From contig CM052816.1 in the NCBI GenBank assembly GCA_028534125.1, positions 60,142,001 through 60,206,000 on the forward strand: DNA of 64,000 nucleotides, in the 5' to 3' direction. Position numbers and translations under genes: made by a program. This stretch comes from Lama glama. Lineage: Eukaryota. Below are positions 38,141 to 51,832 of the stretch, in pieces (the stretch's first letter is position 1; each line of letters opens with the position of its first letter). Below the pieces are notes generated by a model. That model had not been told where the DNA came from. It searched no databases and saw only the letters and a list, made by a program, of their open reading frames with translations.

Positions 38141-40839
38141 CACAGAGCTTGATGGACAAAAACGAACCCCAAACGACATATTAGCATTTTTATAAGTTAT
38201 AAAAATACATGCATACAAAACAATGCCACCTATATTTTTTAAGATTACAGAAAGATAAATCATTAACATGGTTGCCTACGTACGGGGTGGGGGAGGGGGG
38301 TGGATGGCAGTGTAGGGAAAAACTAAATGACCACGGTGACAAGGTTGATGTGCCAAGACTTAAAGAGTAGGATGACCTCAAATATCTGCATCTGAGGTTC
38401 TCTACTTGTGCACATGCACGAGAGAAAATAATACAGCATGCCCATAATGTAAAATGTGGCCGTTACAAATAATATTGCAGGAGATTTACAGACACTGTGA
38501 TCTCATACTAAGCAAAAGAGGTTACCAAACATCATGCCCCCATTACTTCATTTTTTTTGAAAAATAAAAAATCTATATAAATTGAAAAATTGAAAGTGGC
38601 TGGTGGGGCACAGCAGGGATTAAACATTTTTGCTTTTCTGTATTTTTAATTTGCTTTCAATAACCATGTATTGTGCAATGAAGAGGAAATCAGGATTTTT
38701 TTTTTTTAAAACTTTGCGTTGGTTTTACAAAGACACAAAATAAAGAGGTCATAGGTAGCATTTATAGGTACTGAAAAAAAAGGAAGCAATCTTTTAGGCT
38801 TTGTGTTTTCAAATGCAAATGCTCAAACCCAAGCTTTGTGGGTTGCTCTTTCCTTTTCCTTGAGGACAGAAGGAGCGAGTTGTTCTAAGGATCCCCACTT
38901 GGAAGGGGCAGTAGGTGGAAGGAGCCGGGACACGCATTACCAGGTGGCAGTGAAATGATGGACATTGAGGTTGGGGGCATTCACAGGAACTCCCCTCAGT
39001 CCCGACACAAGGAAATCTGCCTCCAGCCAGGAAAGTCACTTTAGCACAGCACTGTTTCACAACGTGTATCTACTCGAAAGGGCAGAACTTTCAGGCGAAG
39101 GATTTCTACTGAGACAGGGTATGGCTGGAGGATGTGGTGACGCTGGCCTGACATAGGAAGACTTGGTAGCTGCAATCTGCTTGCTTGGGGCCTTGCAGTT
39201 TCCTTCTTCATCTCCAGGCTGTTTACAGCCATCCTGGGCAGTGCTTCAATGACACAGCAGATGACTTTGTTAGAGGCGTTCAGCTTTACAGCATTAACAG
39301 ACTTTGTAAAGCTGTGTGGAGCAATTCCTAGTCATCATCGGCAACAGATCTTTTCCCCCACATTTGAACAGACTTGACTGGCATGTTACGAAGTGTATAG
39401 GGAGCTTCAGTCTTAGGAGCAGATTACTTTCTTTGAAGTGCTTGCCTGCATCCAAGTATTGGGACTGACAGCCCTACTGGCAGCCTGTGATGTTATAAGA
39501 GATGGTGACCTTGTCTTTTGGAATGAGTGGTCCCAGAAATCCGTGAGATGTTGCTGCATGTTTGTCTGTGAAGATTGGTGTTAACGCCTCCAGTTCAGGG
39601 TCTGAGTTGTCTGAACTGCCAGAGAACATGAACCTGACTGGACTGATTGACTTTCAGTCTACAAAAGTGATGATCCGAGGTTCTACAAAGATGGTCATTT
39701 CCAGCTCTTCTAGATATATGACATATGTACAATGCTAAGTGGGGTAGGAGGTGGAAAGAAAGGAATAACACAAAACGATTACTTTGAGGAAAGCATTAAA
39801 AACATATTAGTAGGAGGGAAATTAAATTAAGAGAACTGTCTTACCATTGAGTTCCTTAATGTCTGGCCTCTACCGAAGTAAGCAAATTTCTGCAGTTAAC
39901 ATGGGTGTAATTTTTCATGTTACATTTGTGTTGTGAACCAAAAATCTAGATGGGAAATTGCCTACTGATGAATTAGAACTATTAAAAGAGCCCTATTACA
40001 GAGAACGATTAGCTTCCCTGGCTCATGGTTTCCCACCAATCACAGAGTTTGTAATTTTGCACCATATGATTTTTCTGCATATAAATTTAGGAAGAGGAAA
40101 TGAGATGGCTTAGATCGTTCACGGAGAGTCTGGATCTGAATTCAACTGCATGAGACCCAGTAATGTTTAGAAAGGTCAAGAGCTTTAGGACCAGAAAAAT
40201 CCAGGTTCTAATCCAAGCTCCTTTTACAGTGTGCATGTGAAGCAAATCACATAGCCTGTCTGGGCCTGTTTGCTCATGTGTAAAATGAGGATGCCACCAC
40301 CATCTGGTTTGAGGACTGTGTTGGGGCTCAGATAAGATTGTAGTTAAAAAGCATCTTGCCCAGTAGTAAGTGTATGTATACAGTAGGCAGACAATAAATG
40401 CTAGATTGCTTCCTTCCATCCCGATGGCCTTAATGGTTTTCAATTTTGAGGAAGGAGAAAGGATGGGAGAGAAAGAAAGATAAGAAAACACAATGGTAAC
40501 TGATGGAGCAAGGTTTTAAGAGAATGGAAGTAGGTGGTATCACTGAGAGAGGACGCCTCTTCCCATAGACTGTAGGGAAGATGGTGAGCATGGCGTGAAA
40601 GCTAGTAAGTTCTGCAGGCAAGGAAGAAGGTTGGTAGAAAGCACAGGAAGAAGCTAAAGGAGGACTTAATCTGGAAGAATGGAACATGCATGTGTTAAGT
40701 TAAAAAAAATTGCAAACATTCCACTCACCAAAAGGAATCTGCACAAAACCATACTTTCCATAATAGAGAGTTATATTCAGTGACATTTTGGAGATGCTAT
40801 GTATGCATGTGTATATGGGAAAAAACTTCATAGTCATTA

Positions 40840-43395
40840 TCTTTTCATGCTAAATTTTTATTTCAATGTTATGCAACTGCATAAGTATAAATATTTGTCC
40901 AATATACAACAATTATGACATCCATAGGGAATTTCTTAGAGAAAATAAGACTGCAAACACTTTATTGCACAGATCCTAACAAACTTTTAAGCTGGTAAAT
41001 CTACAGCTGGGAGTACTACCAAGGAGCACGTCTTAACAATCACAGGAGACTGACTAAAGAGAACACAGGAGAACTTCTACCAGCTGAGTGGAGAGGTTTA
41101 CAACAAACAGGTACTACGTGAATGCAACCTTAGGTACTCTGTAGCCATCCAAAATGCAAAAACATATTTGGCAAAAACGGTGATACACTATACAAATATA
41201 CATAAAAATATCATTTGTAAACAAGCAGCTAAGTTGTGCTTTAAAGGAAACTGGACAGTTAAAAAGCAAAGGCTGTAAACCATGAACGACCTCCCCGACA
41301 GACCTGTCTATACATGTCTGAGTGCAGAAGGATTAGGTTATGACAACTGCCAAACACAGGTATGAATTATAAATGTTGAGACCATTTGTAAAACCCATTT
41401 AAGTTCTTTCAAAATCTTTGTTTCTTCTACAATTCACAGCACAGTGATGGGGAATGGCTAAAACCACATAGGAAAAAAAATGAGGGGCAAGGAGGAAACT
41501 TTGTCTTTTTCTTGCCATCGCCTACTCATTTTACAATGAAGAACAACCAAGCAGTCGGTTAAGTTATGTCTTTGTTTTCGGAGTGGAGTTTACAGCCTTG
41601 CTAAACGATTTACAATCCACAGGGCTGTAAGATGATGCTGTGCTAGATGAACAACTTTATAGCCTGAAGATACTAAGACATCCCCAAGGGGGGCTGGGTG
41701 CTGGATTATATTTATTGGTAACTTTTTTTTCCTCTTACAAAATGAAAAAATGCTGCTGTGGATCCCAAGCATCTTAGAAATCCTTCTCTGCGTGTATTTT
41801 CTCTTAGTGCCTTAGTATTTATGTCCGCAAGTGCCATCTTACAATACAAACAAGTCACCAGGAAAACTGCGACAACGAAAAAAAACAAACAAAAAGACCC
41901 CCTCAGCACTAAAATGACTGGACAAATTCTACACAGTCCATGGTATACAAAATTTAAATAAGGCTTAGCAAAAGTAAAAAGGACAGGCACATTCAAGCAC
42001 CAAATAGCTCCAACAAATCTTTTTTTGTTACAAAAATGCTGCTCTTTGTTAATACAGTATTTTTTTTGCATACAAATAAAGAGACCATGTTATGAAATTT
42101 ATGGAGCTACCTGATGCACAGAAATGAATGTGAAACCCAGGAACTTGCTAAAAACAGCAAGCTTCATCTACAACATAAGGCCCCAGCTATGTATTAAAAT
42201 GTATCTGATGTCCTGATTATTCCTTAGTATATATGCTATGATGTCAAAATCCACACCCCCCCAACTTGTCCTCAAAAAAGCAAATTTAAAACCTCTTCCA
42301 ATGCCTTGATACTTATTATTCAACCTAAGTGCTAGCAGATTTGTGTGCGGCCAGTAACTTTCCTCTTTGTTCAAGAGCAGGGCTGGTGCAGAACTACTAC
42401 AAAATGTGTGCTTCTTGGACTAGGGACTCGTAGCATAAAGGCCTGAGTTTAAGAGCATGAAAAGAAGGGAAAAGCAAGAGAATGGAAATAAAGTCGACAC
42501 GTGTTTATAGCCCCTGCTCTACCTACAGTGAAGACCTGACATACACACCCACAGACAAGGACCACTGGCCTTTCAGACAGTTGGACCCAGGATCAAAATG
42601 GCCATGAGGATGACTGTGAAATGAACATGGCTAGCTCCATCTGCTCTGGCCATTCCTGATGGAGGAGGATTCCAAATGCAGCCATTCAAGTAGTTCTTGC
42701 TTTAGATCTGGAAATATAGGTAGCCAGACACAGTACTATCAAAATCTCTGGTTAAAAATACACATAAAAACTCACAATCTAGTGTATTTCGGGCTTTCTT
42801 TAATCATCAACTCTAGTTAGAATGTTTCAACTTAGAAAAATGTAGCCTTGAAATAATTCCTTTCAATCACAGACCAAAACATGTGGGTGATGTGTATATA
42901 CACAAATATGGGTGTATCTATACTTTTACACACACCCAGTTTCAACCATTTTACTTCATTCCTGCATTATGATCAGTGGTAAAGCAAGAATCTTATTAAA
43001 AAAAAAAAAAAACTGCAGTAAACGACGCCATCAGCAGCAAGGAATCGGCTCTACATCCCAAACCAAACACACTGCTAGATATTTACAGAGAAAATCTTTT
43101 CCCTCAACAACCCTCAACCTCAACTGTAAAGATTGTTGTTGTTGCTGTTTAGGTTTTGTGTTTTTTTTTTCTCGTAAAAACACTATCTGGTAACAGTTTA
43201 CCGGTTACAATTGGGAAGGCATTTGGAAGAAGGTCCCCTCTTTCTCTCCATCCCTTCTCTCCCACATTCTTCAAGGAGGCTCCGGACTCTGCCTGGGGGG
43301 CGTTCCCACGCAGTGCTGGTTTCCAAGGTCAACAAGATGCAGTTACACACGCAGGCGCAGACCGGATCTCCCAGTCTCGCCCCGGACCTGCTCCA
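40840..43395 (-). other. MAST4: MAST4 3' UTR (about 2.5 kb) with tandem polyadenylation signals
   Basis: AT-rich stretch with no recognisable repeats after the stop codon; minus-strand AATAAA at 41711-41716, 40961-40966 and 40857-40862. The distal end is inferred. Confidence 0.75.
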
Positions 43396-46300
43396 TCACC
43401 AGGCTTTTTTGTGAGGGCTGCCTCGCAAACTCTCTTTTCCCCGTCTCTGCCGCAGCCCCGAGTCCTTCTCAGATGTAAGGGTGATGGGACGCTCAGTGTT
43501 TGGAGCTGGGGACGGCTTAGTCACCTCTCTGCCCACATTCTGTTTCCTCGTCTGAGGAGGCTGGGTGGGGGCTGGCTCTTTCCCTTTGGTTTCTCCTGAG
43601 GGGGCTGCTCCTGAGAGGGCCCTGTCCCGGTGGCCAGCGGCCCCCACCACGCCTGGGTTGGGGTGATGCGACTCCAGAGTGATGACTGAGCTGCGGAAGG
43701 ATGGCAGGGAGTCGCTCTTTGTCATCTGGGTTCTGCCGTCTCCCGCAGGCAGTGACTTCCTATGGTCCCTGCTGCTGGAGCCTGGGGGCTCAGCCGCAGC
43801 CCCGCCAGCCTGGGCAGAGGAGGTATCGCCGCAGGTTGGAGAAGCTTCTCGAATCCCCAGTCTGGCCTCAGGAAAGCCGGAAGAGTAGCTCAAAGACTTC
43901 TCTGGGAGGGCAGCACAGTGGAAAGAGCTCTGCCCCATGGCTGAGGGCGACCGTTTCATGCCACTGGGTTTGCCCGCCTCAGTCAGTGGCTTCTGGGGAC
44001 TGGGCCCTTTCCCCTTGGCCTCCGGCCAGCCCTTCCCCGCGGCCGCTGCTGGCCTCTCCGCGCCCTTGGACTTGGCCTCACTGGGTGCCGGGGCAAGGGT
44101 GGTCTCCAGCTTCCCAATGTCCGCCGGGGGAAGGCTGGTCTCCAGCTTCCCGACATCTGCTGGGGCGTAAAGTGCTTCGGTGCATTTCTTGCCTTCAGAC
44201 TTCCCATCTGTGCTGGAGGCCAGCCGACTCGGGCTCCTGTCTGTCTGTTTGCACAGAGGGGTGCAGTCTTTCACAGTGGATGGTTTTTGGGGCTTTGGAG
44301 ATGGGTTTTGCTTTTCCCCGACAGTGGGAAGTTTCTGGTCCACCGACTCACTGGCCCCTGAGTGTCCCTGCCGAGGCGGATGCTCAGGCTTCTGCAGCAT
44401 CTCTGGGGGATGCCCACCACTGGTGGGTCTCAGCTTGGTGTCTAGAGGACCCCCTTCCATGTGCAGGGGGACTGAGGGTCCACTTCCTCCCTGGCCAGTC
44501 ACACTGCTAGCTGTGGCCTGGGGGCCTGGGAACACCTCCAACACACTCTTAATGCTGCCCTTCCCCTCTCGGCCAGGGCCACTGGGGGCCTGGACACCAG
44601 GGTCTTTGCCCACTGCAGCCCCAACACTTGGCTTCTGGGAGGAGAGTGGCCTGTCTGGGTGCTTGGACTTCGGAGGCCCTGGGTCTGGGCCAGGCCTGGG
44701 CTTGTGGCTGCTGCTTTCACTGTGCATGGCAGCAGCGGGCTTGGGAGGGTCCCGGAAGCCCAGGCTGGGGTCTGCAGCACAGGGCTTGCTCCCCAGCTCT
44801 CTGCTTGCAGGGTGGCTTGCTGAACTGCAATGCTGCCGAGCAGCCAGGCCAGGCAGCTCTTTGGTGGTGGGGGCTTGCTGAGGGCTACTGTTGAGGTGCT
44901 TCTGTAAGGGCTGCTCTTTCTTTTCTGGTTCCCTGGGACTGTCTTTCTGCAAAGCTGGGAAACCAGAGGGCTTTGCATTCTTTGCACTCTCCGTCCTGGG
45001 TGGCTCCAGGGACCACCGGGCAGGAGTGGCTTCTTGCTTGGGTTCCAGGCTGCTCCTTCCCTTGCCCAGCTCCTTCTCACAAGGAGTCCCTGCCAAGTAC
45101 AAAGAGGAGTCCTCTCTGGCCAACAGCCTCACCTCATCTCGGCCATCTTTGGGGTTTGCTTTCCCACAAGGCCTGCATGCTTTCTCCACAGCCTGGATCT
45201 GGGTGTAGACATCTGGGCAGGTCCTCCCCACAGCCGGGAGGGTTTTGGAGTTGTCAATGGTTTTAGCAGCGTCTGGCATACACAGCTCCTTGGAGGGGTC
45301 TCTGCGGACATCAGCCCTTGCGGCCGACCGCTCACTTCTGGCTGAGGAAGGGCCCTTTTCGGATGACTCCCTCCCACTATGCTTCTCCCTGGAGGGGGCT
45401 CCTTCGGGTAGGAGAGTGCTGTGCAATCTAGATAGCTCAGCGGCATGGAGGTTCTGCCCCAGGAAGGGAAGGAGCTTAACATCAGGACTGCTGTGGTCTT
45501 GGTGTTGGCTGGGGCTGCCCTCTCTCCGCTGGGGATCACTTTCCATGACAATCACCGGGGTCCTGGCTGTGTGGGAAGCCTTCCTGTCCAGCTTCAGCTC
45601 TGGGTCAGGCAGGGGAGCTGTGGGTGAACTCTGCAGACCCCAGCTGGTGGGCAGGAACCGGGGCTCGAGCAGGTAAGATTTGCTCACCTTGAAGCCAGCA
45701 GGGGAGGACTCCCTCTGACCTACAGTCTCACCCTTCCTCCCCCCACTGCTGGGGGGAGCCAGCGGCACAGGGGGCCCCAGGTCACTGCACGGGCTGGGGC
45801 TCTGTGCCGGCTCTGGGGAAGGCAGCTCCGTCTTGGAGGCCTGCGGTCCAGACAGGAGAGCAATGTCCAAAGTGCCCTCAATTGGCTTCAAACACGACAC
45901 AGACCTCCCTTCCAGCTTATACTCAGAGGGGCTTTTCCGGACAGGTGACTCAGGAGCAGTCAAGCCCGGCTTCTCCACTCCACTGTCCACCCGGCCAGCT
46001 AGGGCCTTGAGAGGGACAAAGGAGATGGCGCTGATCTGAGCCGTGTGGGCACTGCTGATGAATGGCGCACGGCTCTCGGAGGCTGCCGGGGCCTCCTGCT
46101 GCCCTCCTGCCGGCCGGCCCGGGCTCCCTGGCAAGCATTCGTGGGTGCTGGGGGTCAGTTTGGGCTTGAGCACAGGGCCAAGGCTGTCATCTCTGTCTTC
46201 AAGTGATACTTTCTTTCGGAGGTAATCGATGTTGGCCAGCTTGCTGTCTAACTTCTCACCCCGGAGGCCCTCCTTGGCCTGGGGGTCCTTCTCCGAGTTG

Positions 46301-47321
46301 TCACCCTTCCCGGAGGTGGACCTGTTCGTGGAGTGACAGGGACCGTCTTGGAGGGTGCTGTGAGCCGAGGCTCGTTTGAGGTCACAGGTGCCCTGGCTGT
46401 GGTCCCTGGGTGCTGCCGCCCCCTCCAAGGAGACCCTCTCACTGGCCCGTGCACTGGCCTGCTTATGGAGAGCATCTTTCAGCAGGCTGCCCGGTGCCTG
46501 GGCCTCCTGCATGGCTGCTTTGTTATCAAAGTGATTTGACCTTTCTGAAGCCTTCGGGTAGATTTTCTTCTCTCTCTCTTCCAGCCTAAAAGTGGAAAGA
46601 TTTTCCAAATCACTGCCAAGTCCGTGGGGTTTTGGGTGGGGTTCCTGTTTCTCTGGGAGCCCGTCGGGTTTCTTCACCACCACCTTGGCCTTCAGCTTCT
46701 CTCGGTCCAGCTCATCCACAGACTCCTGGCGGCCCAGCTTCCGGGACACAGGGCGTTTCAGGCAGCCTTGCTCCACGGGCCTGGCCCGGCTGAGGGCAGG
46801 CGTGTCACACACATTCTCCTCCAGGCTCTGCAAGGTCACCTCCCGCTGGGACTGCTCCCGCTGCACCTCCTCCTGGGTGACCTCCAGGCTGTGCTTGCGG
46901 GAGCACAGGTGCTTCTTGTCACTGCCGTAAGAGGGGGAGAGCTTCTCCTCCGACTGCACGCGCTTGAGCAGGGGGGACCGCGGGGGCTCAGCGCTCTTGG
47001 GCCGCACGATGTGTCTGACAATGGTCGGGGGGGAGTGCATTTTGCTGGGAAAGGCTTGGGCAATCTTGGTGTTGCCAAGTGAGTGTCCCAACAGAGGGGA
47101 CGGTGACCGCTGAGGGGAGGTGGGCTGTGGCGTGGGCGAGGGTGTCCGGGCCAGAGGGGAGAGCGGGATGCTACCTGCCGACTTCCGCCTTCCGGACCGG
47201 TACCGCTGCCCACTGAGTTTGGGGGCCAGACCATGGAGCGTGCTGGGCCGGATGTGCCCTGACCCCGCTGGGGAGTTGGGGGCACTAGAGCTTGGGGAGC
47301 TGCTCTGGGAGGAGTTAGTAC
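43396..47321 (-). CDS. MAST4: MAST4 terminal coding exon (long S/P-rich disordered C-terminus)
   Basis: Acceptor ttttccccccacag|GT at 47321 (phase 1); open frame GTNSSQSSSPSSSAPNSPAGSGHIRPSTLHGLAPKL...RPKSAEPPRSPLLKRVQSEEKL...SPHKKAW* with TGA at 43396-43398; motifs typical of MAST kinases. Confidence 0.97.
44090..44165 (-). repeat. 36-bp in-frame tandem duplication in MAST4 coding sequence
   Basis: ggtctccagcttccc at 44101 and 44137; protein PADVGKLETSLP-PADIGKLETTLA. Confidence 0.92.
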
Positions 47322-47670
47322 CTGTGGGGGGAAAACAGAATGCTGTGAGCGATGCCCACCTTTCCATGCTCTCAGACCAGGGTGTTTTAGGGAAGGTCAG
47401 GGACAGGTCAGCAAACTGTCTCAGCATCTAACTCTAATGAATAAATGCTTTTCAGATTAACCCCCCCCCCAACATCCAGGGTTAACCAGATACTTCCTGT
47501 CTTATTTAATGGTCCAAGTCACCGTATCTTCTGCCCTTCCTGTAAATCCTGTTCTCTCTCAATGACATCCTCACCCCTCTTTCCTTAAGCTGGAAGAAGC
47601 CTGTCTTCCAGGCTCTCCGATGGAGACCACTCAACTCTCCCTTGCTGTGGAGGCGAGACGCTTCACTCAC

Positions 47671-47852
47671 CGGATGGGAAGTCAGGGGTGGAGCGGTAGC
47701 TGGGCGTAGGGGATCGGGGAGACAAGCTGTGAGTGGGGGACCCTGGGAGGCTCTCCCCTGATGACAGCGATCGGTTCAAGCAGGAGAAGCTTCGGCTGGT
47801 GTGGAGTAAAGGAGAAGGCTGCTTGGCTAGTTTTTTGAAAAGGGATCTCCTC
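47671..47852 (-). CDS. MAST4: MAST4 penultimate exon, 182 nt
   Basis: Acceptor caccctag|; reads [61 protein letters not shown]; donor G|gtgagt; phases 2 and 1 fit the neighbouring exons. Confidence 0.95.
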
Positions 47853-48690
47853 CTAGGGTGAAAATAGGAGAAAACAGATCAGATTCTGTATTCAAAACCA
47901 CTCCTGCCTCCCCAAAATACCAGTGCATTCCGGACACACCTCTGGGCCAGAGACACACATCCTATTAAAGACTGGGAACCCACTTTCAGATTAAAAAATT
48001 TCTATGACTTAGACCGAAAGAGTCTTTATTATTATGCAATGAAAGCTCTCTTCTTTCTTCTCTGAATTTCAAACCCTTTAAGAGGAGCTGGGAAAATAGA
48101 AAAAGGTATTTAATAAATACACATTCATTTGTTTGTCAGGTTTATGAGGAGATTGTTTTTGGCCTGAAAGCTTCCAAGTACATACCCCCAAACACCCTGA
48201 CGCCATTTAATTAAGAGATAATACAAAGTAAATCCTGGGAAGAAAAGCCATCATCTTGGATGTAAAATTCTTTAGTGGTGACACACTGGGCCGAGGTTTT
48301 ATCTCTGAGGGGCTGTCTGCTGTGCTCATTTCATTGTAAGCTCCCGACTGCTCCTGAGGATAGTGGAGGCTGCACGTTTACATAAAAGAGCCAAGAAAGG
48401 GGAACTGAAGCTTATCCTATCAGCAGGGCAGCAGACACCAGGCTGCAGCAGAAGCAAATGTGTAGTCAGTGCCCAACAAGCACATCGTGAAGTAAAAAGC
48501 ACGGCTTCAGATGGCTCCCAGTGCAGGCAGCTGTACAGAGCTCCTCTGTCATCACGCAAGCCTGGTTCACCCCGACGCTTAGGCACTAATCTTACACCCT
48601 GCTACTCCTTGAAAACAGTGTGTTCTATGTGACTTAAAGCACAATCAAATCATAAAGCTCACCTTAAAAAAGAAAAAAGAGATCTCAGAA

Positions 48691-48711
48691 TGTGTGTGTG
48701 TGTGTGTGTGT
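48691..48711. repeat. (TG)10 microsatellite
   Basis: Read directly from the sequence. Confidence 0.9.
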
Positions 48712-49218
48712 AGTTTAATCAAAATAATAAATGCACTTGAGTTAAAAAGTCAAATATGTTGATGAACTTATAATGAAAAATAACAACTCTCTGCTCTGTC
48801 TTTTGCTCAATCCCCAGAGAAACCACTTTCTACTCTTCTAGCTGCTGGTTTTCCCATTTGTCTGCAAATTGCTAAGTAAAATGCTTATGCTGTTTTTTCA
48901 GTTTTTCAATTTTAGAAATGATCTGTTGATTTCCTACCACAGAAGATGAGAATTAAGTTCTCATACAACTCCTTCCACCTTCTGACCCAAAATATTTCCC
49001 TGTTTCTATTCTTCCCAGTAGAGCTAAACCAAATTTTTGGTTTGAAAAAAAGGCTGGTGTTTTCTTTATTTTACATGATAAATACTGTTCAGAGCTGGGC
49101 CATGTAAGATATGATTCTATTTTTCTTTCTTGTACAACTCTGTCTTTCCTAGAGTTAATAGTCATTCCTTTTTTATTTGCTTACTTTTCTTTTCTATCAT
49201 CAAAATTCCTCACAATCT

Positions 49219-49321
49219 AGGGGCAGGTATAGCCCAGCAGTAGAGTGCATGCTTAGCATGCATGAAGTCCTGGGTTCAACCCCCAGTACCTCCATTAAAA
49301 AATTAAATTAAATTAAATTTT
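49219..49321 (+). mobile_element. tRNA-derived SINE (camelid Vic-1 type)
   Basis: ggtatagcccagcagtagagtgcatgcttagcatgcatgaagtcctgggttcaacccccagtacctccattaaaa; TSD aaaattcctcacaatct / aaaaaccctcataatct. Confidence 0.88.
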
Positions 49322-50011
49322 AAAAACCCTCATAATCTGATCTGACGCACCAGATCCGAGTGGGTAAAGGAGGGACGCTGCGGCATCAAGCAGGGAGCAC
49401 ATCCAGACAGTTGCCTGGCAAGAAATGTCCCCACCAGAAACACATACACACATCATCCATGGTGTCTGCAGAGCACAAAATGGCACACGAAGTGCCTTCT
49501 CGACTGCAAATGTGTAACCCAGTTAGACTTTCAGTCAGTAAAACAAAGCCTTTTTATTTCTGGGCTTATTTGGATGCTTTAAAGATCAGTTATCTTGGAA
49601 TATATGGCATTAAAAAATAGCAACTGTTTGTTGTCAAATCATGTAAAGGACATTATTAAAGGTAGATGTAATGCTAAAAACTGCCTGAAGTTTCAGTTCC
49701 TCAAATCCAACTCAGCTGAAGTCTAGAGACTGAGAAACAGCAAAGGGCTTTTCATGGTTCTCACACGTGAGAGAAAGCCATCTGAATGTAAAGCCATCTA
49801 CAGTGTAACTATGTAAATCTTTTCACTATGAAAAATAATGCAGTTATGAATTAATAGAAACGCTGATGAATGAATAGATGTGAACCACAGCGTAACATTT
49901 CTCAGAGGGAAAAGGACCCTTCTTATATGAAAGAGTTTCAATTAGGTAAGGAGTAACCTGCCTTCAGTGTGGGACACAACCAAGCCCAGGAAGAGGACTG
50001 CTCCAACACAC

Positions 50012-50148
50012 CTTTCTAGACTTTCCTTCTTCTTAGATTTCTTACTCCGCCTCACCATCCGGCTCTTGTAGCTGTTTCTCCTGGCTGGTCCTGTTTTGAT
50101 TGATGTATTTTCAAATGGAGTGGTTGTGATTGACACCTTATTTCCACT
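50012..50148 (-). CDS. MAST4: MAST4 exon, end of PDZ domain plus basic stretch, 137 nt
   Basis: Acceptor ttttttaatag|; reads [46 protein letters not shown]; donor AG|gtgtgt. Confidence 0.95.
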
Positions 50149-51775
50149 CTATTAAAAAAAAAAGGGAAATGCTGTGATGACACAAGACCAGAACAGAGAT
50201 AAGAGATCCAAAGACAAAGATCTGTAAGGACAGATATACTTAAAAGGCTTTCTGTTTGTCAGTGACCCTTCAAGCAGTCAAGTATGATGGAGCACAAACT
50301 GGGTGGGAGGAAACTGTGAGGTTTCCTCAGGAGGAGGGGCTCTGGACTCCACAGAGCTGCCTGTACATCCCAGCCTGTGACCTGAGCACTTGCCGGTACC
50401 ATCTAACAATAGAGTCCCACCATCTCGTGGGGCTCCTCTGAGGATTAAGGGGATGGAGTTTGTAAAGCCTTTAGCACCAAGGGTGACACAGGGGAAGGGC
50501 TCTATAACTGTCATCTTCATCCATGTGTATTAAGTATAAACATGCCCAGGGGCTGTCTGCTCTTGGTTGATTTATTTTTCTTTTCTCTCCTTTTTGTGTT
50601 TTTCCTTTGACCTAGAAGTCATAGAGCAGCAAGACTGAATGAGACTTTTATTTTTAATTATTTTTAAAGATTCCTTTTCTACCACCAGAAAACCTGTCAG
50701 CATGCACAGCTGGAAAGTTTATGCCAGCAATAGCCTCTCTCTCGCTAGGTCAGGCAGGGTGAGGTCATTCCTGGTGGGATTCTGTGTCCTTCCACTTAGT
50801 CCTGGGACAGAGGCTTGCTGGGCAGGTCCCAGGGACGGATTTGAGAGCAGTCCCAGGCCAGGCTGAGGGATGCCCTGGGCAGGTGGGCGGAGCCCATCCC
50901 AGACAGCACCCACCCCCTTCACTCCCATATTAATGACCTCTTCTTGAATTTCTTAATAACCAGGGAGAAACACATCCTTTCAAAGTCACAGATGGCCCTG
51001 AATACCCAGAAAAAACAAGAAATATAAGGAGAAGGGCCTTTTAAACGGCCTATGCCCAGCAGATGCCTAGCAACTTGGCTCTAAGTGAGTTGGGGGATCA
51101 AGTATGGTGGAGGCCAGGGACTGAAAAAAACAGAGATTGTTTCAACATAAACATCCACCTCCCCACCCGATTTGGGAAGTAATACAGGTCATTATAAGAA
51201 AAAACAGTCAAGCATATACAGAAAAAAATCACTGAGAAGCCTATCACCCAGCTAACATTGGTTATATTTTAGTATATTTCCTGCTTTTTTTTTTAACAGG
51301 CATGTATAAATTATGCATCTATACATACTTTATAAATAACTTTAATCTTAATTAAACTAATCTAATATTTAGTTTTATGTTGTTTTTTTTTTTTACTTCA
51401 CATTTCATAACTCTGTAAAATGTCTCCTTCATCACTGAATATTCCTTAAGAACATAATTTTTACTGGTTATATAGCAATATTCCATGAGATGGGGGAATC
51501 AAAATTTAACTATTTCCCTACTGCTATTGTTTTCTGCTTTTCAATTATTATAAGAGTTGAAATAAATGTCTTTATCTGTAAGTCATCATTCTAACCTGAC
51601 ATTTTCCTTAGATTATCTAATTAGACTCATTATACTGCATCAAAGAGTCTATCTGAACTTTTAAAAGACTCCTGGTACATAATGATACACTAATTTCCAG
51701 AAAGTTTATGTCGATTTTTATTCTTGCCAGCAGCACATGAATACCTCTCTTACCACAGACTTGTCAGAACTGAAT

Positions 51776-51801
51776 TTGGTGGTGGTGGTGGGGTAATTAG
51801 G

Positions 51802-51832
<31 letters not shown>

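Noticed and set aside
47322..47427. 35 extra in-frame codons with two ATGs ahead of the MAST4 last exon, suggesting a stand-alone 1343-aa protein
   Set aside because: A good acceptor at 47321 joins the upstream exon in the right phase; no promoter evidence; a short open intronic stretch is expected by chance.
43679..47431. Many overlapping ORFs (up to 269 aa) on the + strand and in other - frames
   Set aside because: Shadow ORFs of the GC-rich MAST4 terminal exon; no recognisable domains or independent gene signals.
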